Positions 40,101-48,401 of a DNA stretch of 64,000 nucleotides are shown piece by piece (position 1 is the first letter of the stretch; every line of letters begins with the position of its first letter). The notes under the pieces are model-generated. The model was not told the DNA's origin and made no database searches. It saw only the letters and a program-made list of their open reading frames with translations. The stretch comes from a virus, in the IMG/VR virus record IMGVR_UViG_3300025057_000003, positions 1 through 64,000 of that record, one strand, 5' to 3'. Made by a program: the position numbers and the translations under genes.

Positions 40101-41300
40101 AAAGATTTAAATCTTAATTTAGAACCTATACTATCAAGATGGGGTCAAGATGATGATGAGCTTCCTGATTTTTATGCAGGTTTAAAAGATGAAAAGTTTA
40201 ATTTGATGGATGATCTTAACCTTAAAGAAAGTCAATATGATCAAATGGCCGCTGCACTTATAGGCATTGCAATGGAAGAAACAGAAGGTGGAGGTGGTTT
40301 CCAACATAATATAGAACAACTTTTACCTGGTACGGCAGGTCAAGATACTTCTGGTTTAACTCAATTAATGTGGTCTAATATTGCAGACGATGAAAAATTA
40401 AAGAAGATTGCTGAAAAGTATGGAATTACTAAACAATCAGATTTAAAAGATTCTAAAAAGTCTGCTATTGCTTCTATGATATATGGATCAAGAAACTATT
40501 TAGCCGCACAAAAGAATTTAAAGGCGGGAAAAAAAGAAGGTATTAGAACATATTATCCTCCAGGTTGGAAAGGCACACTTAAAAGATTAAAAGGAGATAA
40601 CCAAGTATATGATGGAAAAACATTTATAACAGAAGGTGGAAAACAAATAGATTTATTTACTGGAAATAATTGGTCGGGTATTGGCTGGACAAAAGACTTA
40701 GAGGATATTCAAGAACAACTTGATGCTGCATCTGAAGCTGAAGGAATACCCGGTAGATACACAGCACGTAAAACTACAGATGATGATGGAGATGAAGTAA
40801 TTGTTATAGATAAAAAGACTTTAGGTAATGCAGATATGGATCCTATAGATGCATTTATTTATAATTGGAATTCACCTTATGCCTTAACATCTGGGGATGC
40901 TCAGGGTGGATCTGGTTATGTTAAAAATGTTAAGAGTTGGATGGATCAGATAAAAATGCAAGCTGGTGGTGAAATTACTCCAGAGCATGTTCAACAAAAA
41001 CAAAAAACGTTGGAAGAAGAGTTAGCTAAAATGGAACAATATAATTTGAATCCTGCTCAGAAGATGCAACTTACAGAATCACTTATTGATGCATATAATG
41101 ATACGGTTCCTTATAAATTTAAAATGGGTGGCCCAACTCTTCAACCAGAATTCCAAATGTATAAAGATTATATAGTGGGTAAAGATGAGAGTGAGGATGC
41201 TAGAAGAAACTATGATAAACTTAATAGAGTTTACTATAGAGAAGCCAAAATCAAAAACATGAAACCGGCTAACTATATAATGAGTGAGCTGATATCTTAA
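37182..41300 (+). CDS. Modular virion cargo protein: beta-strand module, TG-like hydrophobic module, papain-like module and lytic transglycosylase-like module
   Basis: N-terminal ITMKDVDFPV.G..N.G..MMP..EY.FPG..V.E.P. Cys/His pair CLASSY...GHSTQVVG. SLT-like IAMEETEGG...SGLTQL...YNWN...YVKNV. Confidence 0.7.
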   Translation: MKKSYSNIERRGLPGGPNEEINFSNLSYSTQGYKRFSPDVNNPFNLINSGRITMKDVDFPVTGIDNLGYRMTMMPDEEYEFPGNEVLEIPHRTLESLQPHHKDHHNNIHAFAGITGDAVNHMGVYGGFDTKHFGLHGSYLKPLQQIAHNSGDMHLSAEYRGGNNRLNFNVGPTFNMHGGHPSFGVQGGLRFNFQPGGEIEEDMMYSQPIEDIISDRKNDSYEYKRSQDPRTGAMSYYQRKKGSNTWRDAGKEGSTGYRAVTNVFGDDKTGYANSPERAQFLDKMKMNYRMKDQNYIRGLLDKANHPLDLVYGNPQLGIPAFGEQIKNMSEYREDFFDPYGDQEDKYFAEYAATPQERKAAAQRARQNYLSNVGRTEEEDQIYEAKRQKEIDEEHAKWRAEREKDRLEMGHDGFGGNVVGGWEYTGQTPDEYYADMQDSGLGEIMDYTGMTTAMNVLGVTDIMKLGMDVEEKGIGALTDGGNLLTVAGLIPGIGMLGKGANLVGKGSKLIKTGKNVTKAIDTGRDVYNKALKPINKTLNKIGDAKSSSKILNKYGVGSLSDFNKNVLKKNIISSSNPAMQKNIDNVFNTTKKLGLSNDLWGAATGYGMYNSLDAVDRIVHGEGSTDDFVKAGLNFIPGANIAKSTGLATYGTKAGLKAIDKSGVFDDEKNERQISQQNNQLRTTMFQGGGESGRRNLNDLYVSPSDLAYLNRPSTKNDPNEYYCNPGDVGCLASSYDAYDKLVGQRYRSDEFLSEQGLKKSLGLQSLPSRWDSRSGTGYDWDPETNDFVYYKNDQETKRYKPGSTTHDWIMKYKDYFQKGYEGEEQGGGYDFTADSWDIHGILVDQGGKNVFTGGTEWDNYNKTGNIMTPEKLKNLYSEMTPGTIIGFNNYNKGLNPKKGLTGSGHSTQVVGYDERGVPVIYDYGDYLPIDKLGLEQGGLYSIDQISNITIPKEHIGKNLEWAKEKGYWTGEDPKDLNLNLEPILSRWGQDDDELPDFYAGLKDEKFNLMDDLNLKESQYDQMAAALIGIAMEETEGGGGFQHNIEQLLPGTAGQDTSGLTQLMWSNIADDEKLKKIAEKYGITKQSDLKDSKKSAIASMIYGSRNYLAAQKNLKAGKKEGIRTYYPPGWKGTLKRLKGDNQVYDGKTFITEGGKQIDLFTGNNWSGIGWTKDLEDIQEQLDAASEAEGIPGRYTARKTTDDDGDEVIVIDKKTLGNADMDPIDAFIYNWNSPYALTSGDAQGGSGYVKNVKSWMDQIKMQAGGEITPEHVQQKQKTLEEELAKMEQYNLNPAQKMQLTESLIDAYNDTVPYKFKMGGPTLQPEFQMYKDYIVGKDESEDARRNYDKLNRVYYREAKIKNMKPANYIMSELIS

Positions 41301-41363
41301 ATTATAAATTAGTAAATGTTAGTAATTATTTGTATATTATAATTGTATGTAATAATATAAAAA

Positions 41364-44300
41364 ATGGGTTATAGAGATTTAAACAATAGAGGTTTGCATG
41401 CAATGAGGATGCAGCAATTTATGCAAGGAGGTGGTCAACCACAAATGGCGCCACCACAAATGGAAGCAAAGCAATCCCCTATAGATGAACTAATACCTGC
41501 TATAAAGTCAGCTCTAGAACAAGGTGCTGCTTTACCAGACGTTATTGTTAGTTTAGCGCAAAATCAAGTTCCAATTGAAGCTATCCAACAAGCTTTAATG
41601 GCAGCAGGTATAGCTCAAGAAGAAATTCAGCAAGCTTTTCAAATGCTGCAACAACAGCAGGCTGAACTTGAAAGTCAATCTCAACAAACAGAAGGACCTG
41701 TTGAACCTTCTGCTCAACCACAAGGAGGGGCACCTGCTCCAGAAATGGCGCCTGAGCAAGCTCAAATGCCAATGGCACAAGGAGGTGCTGAAATTGGATT
41801 TGCTCAACAAGGTCAAAATAATGTAGGACCTTCTATTAACTCAGATATCCCAGAATACCAAGAACCTATTGAAGAAGTCATCAGTGAAAGACTTGATGAA
41901 GAAGGTAAGGTAATAAAGGATAATTGGGAATACAAAAAAACTACAGATCCTAACACAGGTCAGATTTTTTATGAACGAAGAAAAAAGGGAAGTAAAAACT
42001 GGATTGATGCAGGAGAAGAAGGTAGTAATTCATATAGAGCTATTACAGATATTTTTGGTGATGACAAGACAAATTGGAAAAGTTCTCCAGAAAGAGCGGA
42101 TCATGTAGCAGGTCTAAAGCAAGGCTATAGGGATATGATGGCAGCACAAAAAGCTAAAGAGTTAGAGGCTGCAGCTCAAGAGCAAGGTATAGACTTTTCA
42201 AAATATGGTGTTAAGGTAATAAATTATCCATATGAATATAAAGGTATGCCTCCTGGACACATTGAAGCCGTATTCTATGATAAAGAAACAGGTGAACCAA
42301 TGAATGAAGTTGGTGGGATATCAACTAGAATTAATAGATGGGGTTCAGGTTATGGTGGCGATGGTCCAAGAATAACAGGAGATGAAGGTTATACTCAAGC
42401 ACTGGTAGATTTTGATGCTTTAAACATGCCAGGTGTTAGAAGTGCAGACTTAGATTTGACTCCAGAACAAATGATGCAATTTATCGCTGAGGCTAATAAG
42501 TTCAAAGGTACATCTTATAAGAATTTAAATGAAAAACAAAAGAATTTCTTAAAGATGATTAACCCTGATATTAGCCAAATACCTATGGCTTTTGGTACGG
42601 GTAGTGATGATAATTATGATTTCTTAACTTCCAATTGTGCAGATGGTGTTTGTAGAGGATTAGGTTTAGATAGAGATCAGTTTACATCTGCAGGAATAAC
42701 TAATCCAGAAAAAGTTATGGATTACATTTTACAAGGTAATAATATAAGCAATGTACAAGGAAAAAAAGGACCAAGTAAAGAAGAGTTTTTAAAAAATGTA
42801 ATTGATCAATCTGGAATTAATAAGTATACAATTGGCGGCTTATCTGATAAAAATATAAACATGTTGTCTGATTTTGTAGATAATATATCTAGAGAAGAGG
42901 CACAAAATCTAGCAACATATGCACCAATAGCTGCTCACTATGGTAACAAAACAAAAGAGGTTCTTAATAGAGGTATTGACTTAGATCAGTCCTTCGGAGA
43001 TATGCTTACAAATACTGGTAACTATTGGCGTGATTTAATTAAGAATAGTGCTGCAACTGGAATTGCAGGATATATGGCTCTTCCAGATGGTACTATACCA
43101 ACTGCGTTAGATGCTGGAGCAAGGGAATATATTTATGAGCCCATAAAAGATGCAACTGGTGGTTTAATTGATTTAGATCAATCTGCGGGTGACATGTTTG
43201 ACAACACAGTAAAATATTGGAAAAGAGAAGGAATTGGCGGTCTTTGGCCTTTTGAACAGGGGGGACAACCAAATAAATATTCAAGTATAATAAATGGTAA
43301 TAAAATGAAATATTCAAATCTATTTAAAAATGGAGGTGGTTATAATAACCCAGGCTTTAGATCATTACCTCAATATGTTCAAAACAAAATAAAAAGGAAT
43401 GCTCAGGAGGGAACTGAAATAGCAGAAGCTATACCTTTAGATATATCTGCAGAACAACAAGCATATATGGATGCTAAAGCTGCATATGATGCTGAGATGG
43501 CTAGAGTGCAGGGTGTTAGAAATAAGACTGCAGAGTTAGCTAGAAAATATGGTGATGCTAATGCATCTTACTCAGATGTAGGTATATCAGATAGATTAGC
43601 AAATTGGATTAATGATACAGGTTTTGCTTGTAATACATATTCTTGTCAGATTATGAGAGAAGCTGGAGCAACAATTCCACAAGGAACCGAACCATTTGAA
43701 ATGAATGGTAGAACATATCGTCCTGGAGATAAGCTTCCTATTATACCAGGTAATGCTCAATTTAACTCTTACGCTGATAAGTTAGGATTTGAACTTATGC
43801 CCAAAGGTACATTGCCAACAGAAGCTGGAGATCTTGTTAGAGGGCATATGTATAATGCAGGTCCGGGTGCAAGTAGCGGTTCATTTCATAGTGTGCTTTC
43901 TGCAGGGTATGGTGATGATGAAATTTTAGATCTATATAATAACCCAGGAGGTGTGTATTCAGGATATCAAAAATCTGGATTTGAAGGTAGTGATCCTGAC
44001 TTTTATACAAATGATTCTGGTGTAATGAGATATGTTGGAGACTCAATAAGATTAAAAGAAGCAATGGATAAAGCTAAGCAAGCATATGATGCAACCATGC
44101 CTCTTGATCAATCAGTAGTTGATTCAAATCCAAACTCTATAGCAAACCTTACTAGGCAATATGGAGGTGAAGGTATGGCAGAAATTCAGCAAGGTCCTCA
44201 ACGTACACCTAGCACGGAAGAATTAATGGCTATAATACAAAAACAACAGATGCAAATGCAACAAATGCAAATGCAGATGCAACAAATGATGCAGGCGCAA

Positions 44301-44453
44301 CAAGCGGAAAAAGAAGTTGGGCAAGCAGAAATGGCAATGCAACCTACTTATAGAACGCAGAGTGCTCAAAAGCAATCTGGAGGAACAGTAGAACTTGATA
44401 CTGAAACAATAGCAAAGATAATGGCTGCCGGTGGTAGCGTTAAATTTAAATAA
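41364..44453 (+). CDS. Modular virion cargo protein with permuted papain-like and NlpC/P60/CHAP-like modules
   Basis: GHIEAV...YDFLTSNCADGV (His before Cys, permuted). ACNTYSCQIMREAG...GDLV...HSVL. Q/M-rich linkers. Confidence 0.7.
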   Translation: MGYRDLNNRGLHAMRMQQFMQGGGQPQMAPPQMEAKQSPIDELIPAIKSALEQGAALPDVIVSLAQNQVPIEAIQQALMAAGIAQEEIQQAFQMLQQQQAELESQSQQTEGPVEPSAQPQGGAPAPEMAPEQAQMPMAQGGAEIGFAQQGQNNVGPSINSDIPEYQEPIEEVISERLDEEGKVIKDNWEYKKTTDPNTGQIFYERRKKGSKNWIDAGEEGSNSYRAITDIFGDDKTNWKSSPERADHVAGLKQGYRDMMAAQKAKELEAAAQEQGIDFSKYGVKVINYPYEYKGMPPGHIEAVFYDKETGEPMNEVGGISTRINRWGSGYGGDGPRITGDEGYTQALVDFDALNMPGVRSADLDLTPEQMMQFIAEANKFKGTSYKNLNEKQKNFLKMINPDISQIPMAFGTGSDDNYDFLTSNCADGVCRGLGLDRDQFTSAGITNPEKVMDYILQGNNISNVQGKKGPSKEEFLKNVIDQSGINKYTIGGLSDKNINMLSDFVDNISREEAQNLATYAPIAAHYGNKTKEVLNRGIDLDQSFGDMLTNTGNYWRDLIKNSAATGIAGYMALPDGTIPTALDAGAREYIYEPIKDATGGLIDLDQSAGDMFDNTVKYWKREGIGGLWPFEQGGQPNKYSSIINGNKMKYSNLFKNGGGYNNPGFRSLPQYVQNKIKRNAQEGTEIAEAIPLDISAEQQAYMDAKAAYDAEMARVQGVRNKTAELARKYGDANASYSDVGISDRLANWINDTGFACNTYSCQIMREAGATIPQGTEPFEMNGRTYRPGDKLPIIPGNAQFNSYADKLGFELMPKGTLPTEAGDLVRGHMYNAGPGASSGSFHSVLSAGYGDDEILDLYNNPGGVYSGYQKSGFEGSDPDFYTNDSGVMRYVGDSIRLKEAMDKAKQAYDATMPLDQSVVDSNPNSIANLTRQYGGEGMAEIQQGPQRTPSTEELMAIIQKQQMQMQQMQMQMQQMMQAQQAEKEVGQAEMAMQPTYRTQSAQKQSGGTVELDTETIAKIMAAGGSVKFK

Positions 44454-44454
44454 T

Positions 44455-47400
44455 ATGCCTAAAGTTAAAAACAGTAAACATAGGGTTGAGGTAACTTTAC
44501 CTGATGGATTTCAATTAGTAGATGGCAAACTAGTTAAAAAAGGACATGGTGGTCATGTTACCGGTGATCAATATGAGTATGGGTTAACTACATTTAATCC
44601 ACATGCTGGTGAATCTATGGGCCCAAAAGATACAGATGTAAAGTATAGCTTATCATCTGTACCTAGAGATATAGCTAATATAGAAGCTGAAGGTGGTGAA
44701 ACTGTTTTAACTGATTTAAATAATGATGGTCAGTTTGGTCTTTATGATATAGTTGGCCCTAGACATTCTAGCGGTGGTGTACCAATGTTACTACCAGAAC
44801 AATCATTTATTTTTTCTGATACCCAGGCAATGAAAATGGGTAAAGGTATGTTAGCAGAACATGGAATTCAGTCTAGAAAGAAGATGACTCCTGCTAAAGT
44901 ATCTAAACAATATAACTTAAATAAATATTACGGTATTCTAAATGATGAGTATGCAGATAAGATACAAGCTAATACAGCAGATCTTATGTTGCAGAAAAAC
45001 AAAGAAGGTTTATCTAAGTTAGCTTTTCAATCAGAGATGATGAAAGGATTTGAGGAAGGCGTACCTTTAGCCGCATATCCTTATATACAATCTATAGGTA
45101 TGGACCCATTTGAGTTTGCTCAAAAAATGGAAGGCATGCAGCAAGGTTCTGGTGATCAGCAAGCTCAACCAATGAATGAAGCAGATGCTCAAGCAATGAG
45201 TGCAATGGCTGCCTATGGTAGAGAATTAAATCAAGCTCAGTTTGGCTATGGTAACATTGGCGGAATGGGTTTTGATAATTATAGAAATTTCAATCAAGTA
45301 TTTGGTGAAGATATGGTACGTCCTAATATAAGGAGTGCTTATATGCCAATGAATCTTAATATGAAAGGGAATGCTATTGGTGCATTTAACAATCTTGTAG
45401 AAGGCGCTGGTAGATTATTTAGTAAGCAAGATGAAGATGGAGATGGTTTAGCTGATGGTGCTTTTAGAGATTTAAAAGCTAAAACTAATAGATATAGAGA
45501 TACTCATAAATTCTTAAAAGGTAAGACTACAGAGGGAATGGAGAATATGGGTGATAAAACTATGCTAAAGTATAATCCTGAAACAATGGGATATGATGTC
45601 CAGTATAATGATCCTAGATATCAATCTAATGTAAAAACGGGAGATATCTTTACAGAGAAAAGCAAGCGTAAACTAATGCATGCACCTGATCTAGAAGGCT
45701 ACAAGTCATTTAATGAAATGCAAAAAGAAATGTCAGGTTTATCTGATGATCAAAAAGACCAAATGAGATATATGGGTGAAAGCCTAACTGATTTTCAAAA
45801 CGAAAAGGTAAATATGCCAAAAGGGATGCAGTTTGGAATGGATGCTAGCGGAGGTATTGGATACTATGATGCGGGAGCAACTTTACCTGAAGGAAGTCAA
45901 GAGCGTATTAACGAAATGATGATGACAGGTAGTTATAATAAAAGACTTGGTGGAGGATTAAGAAAAGCTCAATTTGGAAACTTTGATTTTACACAATTAC
46001 CACCAGAGCTTGCAAAATATTTTCCTAATCAATCACAACAAGATTTTGGCCCTATGGGTCCTACACCGTATCAGCAAAAAATGATGAATCAAGCTGAGCA
46101 AATTAAGAATGATCCTGCAAGTTTTTTCCAAAACTTTAACCCGCAAACATTTGGTCAAACTGATGACTATGCTAATGTACAAAGTTTAGGTCCAGATCTT
46201 AAACTACAACAAGATGTTAAAAATAGAAATGAAGTAACTCCAGAAGATCCAGATCCACGAAATGCAGGAGAAAAATTAGCAGGAGGTATAAATAGAATGA
46301 TGAATAGCCCTCTTATGAATGCATTTGGTGAAGGTTCTGTTTTTGCAACTAAAGGTGCTGACTTTATAAATGAGATGGCAAAAAATAGAAAAAGAAAAAG
46401 AGCTGAGAATGATCTGCAGAGGATGACTATGGCAGATAATCAGTTTGGTATATCAGAGCCGGGTATATTATCTCAAGGTACTTATGATGAGAATACTGGT
46501 GATGTATTTTCAATTATGCAAGGTGTTTCTCCATTTGGAGGAAATGCTTCTTACTATGGTAAGCATGGTTTTGAAATACCTATGTTGCAAGATGGAGGAG
46601 AACCATCTTGGAAAGTAGGTGATGAGCTAACTGGAGGTACTGATGCTTGGACTGATTGGTATATGTCAGATGAGAATAAAGACGGAAGAAAGAAAAGATA
46701 TGAAACTTACGTATTCTTAAAAGAAGCTCAGGCAAAAAAGCAAGGAAAGACGTTTGATAAAAGCAAGCTTCCTACAGAAGAAGAATTTCATGATACTTAT
46801 GTAAGAGCTCAGAAACAAATCAATGCTATACAAAACTTTGATTTTGGTGATCCAGATTATTTAAAAAGAACAGATTGGGATTCTTCATGGGAGTTTGATC
46901 CTAAGTATAAGAATGCTAAACAAGCTTTAAAAGCTGGAGCAGCAACAAAAAGAGGTCAAAACTTTAGATATAAAGATGCAATTAAACAAATCAATGATAA
47001 GATTAAACAAGATGCTAAGGTAAACAATCCCGATATCACTGATGAAGAATTAAATAAACTTTTATTTAAAGAGTTAGATGACGCAGGAATTAGAATATTC
47101 CAAACAGGATATCAAGCTGGTCAAATAATGAATGTAGCAGATAATGATGAGTTTCTAAAGTTTATTCAGTCTGGTATTGATGATGACACATTTACATGGA
47201 ATGGTGTAACTTATACTATATCTCCTGAAGATGCAGCATTTGGTAATACAACTGTAGGTCAAAGAGAACAAACTACTGTACCTATATATCCTTGTAAACC
47301 TTGTCCTGATGGACCAGATAAAGGAAAAGTTCCTGAAAGAGATGAGGATGGTAATTGCCCTTGTGGTGATTGTCCTACATGTCCAGAAGGTAAAGTTCCC

Positions 47401-48342
47401 GGACTGCCAACTGAATCTGAACCATGTCCTTGTCAAGACGCACGAAAAATTGAAGAGCCTGATGATCCAGAAATGGCGGCTCCTCCTGAAATGACACCAT
47501 GGATTCAAGATCTAATTAAGACAGAAGCTATTGCAAATAGAGAAAGAGATATGTTCTTTCCATGGGAACCTGCAGTTAGAAGATCTAACTTAGAAGTAAT
47601 GTTAGAAGATCCTAACAGAGCAATTAATGCAGCTAATGCTCAATATGCAGCTTCTGCCCAAGCTCTTGGTGCTTTTGGAGGTAAGAATCAATTAGCAGCA
47701 AATTTATCTGGAATGGCTGGACAAGCTGCAGATAATGTTGCAAATATAATTGCTGGTGTAAATGCAAGAAATGTTGCAAGTGTTAACCGAGCTAATGAGG
47801 TTAATCAAAACATAGAAATGCAACTTAATCAATTAGAGGATGCAAGTAAAGTTAGACAGTATGATAATACTCAAAAAGTTCTACAAACATATATGGATGA
47901 AAAGAACTTTGATAGAGAACAATACGCAGATGCTATAGCTAATACAATTACAAATATGGCTAACACATATAATGTAAATCAAATGTATGACTACTTTAAT
48001 ATTGATCCACTAAGAGGAGGTGTTGTAGGTCAAGTAGGTGCTAAAGCATTCCAACCTACTCCAGAACAAGATGAGTGGGCATTTATGGATGATTGGATGG
48101 AAGCAACTAAAAGAGCTAAAACAATGGGTCTTGTAAATAAAGAGGGGAATGTTGATCCTGCAGTTATACAAGGAATACTTCAATCAAAAAGTGGTCAGCG
48201 TAACTATGCAGATCCAAGAGAAGAAGCATGGAGACAGCAGTATAGAAACTATATGGCCGGAGCTCAGACAAGAAAAACAGGTGGTCAACCTGAGATGAAG
48301 AAATGGGCTAGTCCATTTTATACAGGGAAGATGGGAGTATAA
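44455..48342 (+). CDS. Virion cargo/ejection protein
   Basis: ANIEAEGGETV...GPRHSSGGV...FIFSD domain of the kind seen in Bacteroidetes phage virion proteins, plus helical A/N/Q-rich C-terminus. Start moved to ATG 44455. Confidence 0.7.
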   Translation: MPKVKNSKHRVEVTLPDGFQLVDGKLVKKGHGGHVTGDQYEYGLTTFNPHAGESMGPKDTDVKYSLSSVPRDIANIEAEGGETVLTDLNNDGQFGLYDIVGPRHSSGGVPMLLPEQSFIFSDTQAMKMGKGMLAEHGIQSRKKMTPAKVSKQYNLNKYYGILNDEYADKIQANTADLMLQKNKEGLSKLAFQSEMMKGFEEGVPLAAYPYIQSIGMDPFEFAQKMEGMQQGSGDQQAQPMNEADAQAMSAMAAYGRELNQAQFGYGNIGGMGFDNYRNFNQVFGEDMVRPNIRSAYMPMNLNMKGNAIGAFNNLVEGAGRLFSKQDEDGDGLADGAFRDLKAKTNRYRDTHKFLKGKTTEGMENMGDKTMLKYNPETMGYDVQYNDPRYQSNVKTGDIFTEKSKRKLMHAPDLEGYKSFNEMQKEMSGLSDDQKDQMRYMGESLTDFQNEKVNMPKGMQFGMDASGGIGYYDAGATLPEGSQERINEMMMTGSYNKRLGGGLRKAQFGNFDFTQLPPELAKYFPNQSQQDFGPMGPTPYQQKMMNQAEQIKNDPASFFQNFNPQTFGQTDDYANVQSLGPDLKLQQDVKNRNEVTPEDPDPRNAGEKLAGGINRMMNSPLMNAFGEGSVFATKGADFINEMAKNRKRKRAENDLQRMTMADNQFGISEPGILSQGTYDENTGDVFSIMQGVSPFGGNASYYGKHGFEIPMLQDGGEPSWKVGDELTGGTDAWTDWYMSDENKDGRKKRYETYVFLKEAQAKKQGKTFDKSKLPTEEEFHDTYVRAQKQINAIQNFDFGDPDYLKRTDWDSSWEFDPKYKNAKQALKAGAATKRGQNFRYKDAIKQINDKIKQDAKVNNPDITDEELNKLLFKELDDAGIRIFQTGYQAGQIMNVADNDEFLKFIQSGIDDDTFTWNGVTYTISPEDAAFGNTTVGQREQTTVPIYPCKPCPDGPDKGKVPERDEDGNCPCGDCPTCPEGKVPGLPTESEPCPCQDARKIEEPDDPEMAAPPEMTPWIQDLIKTEAIANRERDMFFPWEPAVRRSNLEVMLEDPNRAINAANAQYAASAQALGAFGGKNQLAANLSGMAGQAADNVANIIAGVNARNVASVNRANEVNQNIEMQLNQLEDASKVRQYDNTQKVLQTYMDEKNFDREQYADAIANTITNMANTYNVNQMYDYFNIDPLRGGVVGQVGAKAFQPTPEQDEWAFMDDWMEATKRAKTMGLVNKEGNVDPAVIQGILQSKSGQRNYADPREEAWRQQYRNYMAGAQTRKTGGQPEMKKWASPFYTGKMGV

Positions 48343-48401
48343 ACTTTAAAAGTGTTTTTAATTTGCTTTTTAAACTTATCAAATTTCATTAATTTAGTAC
48401 T

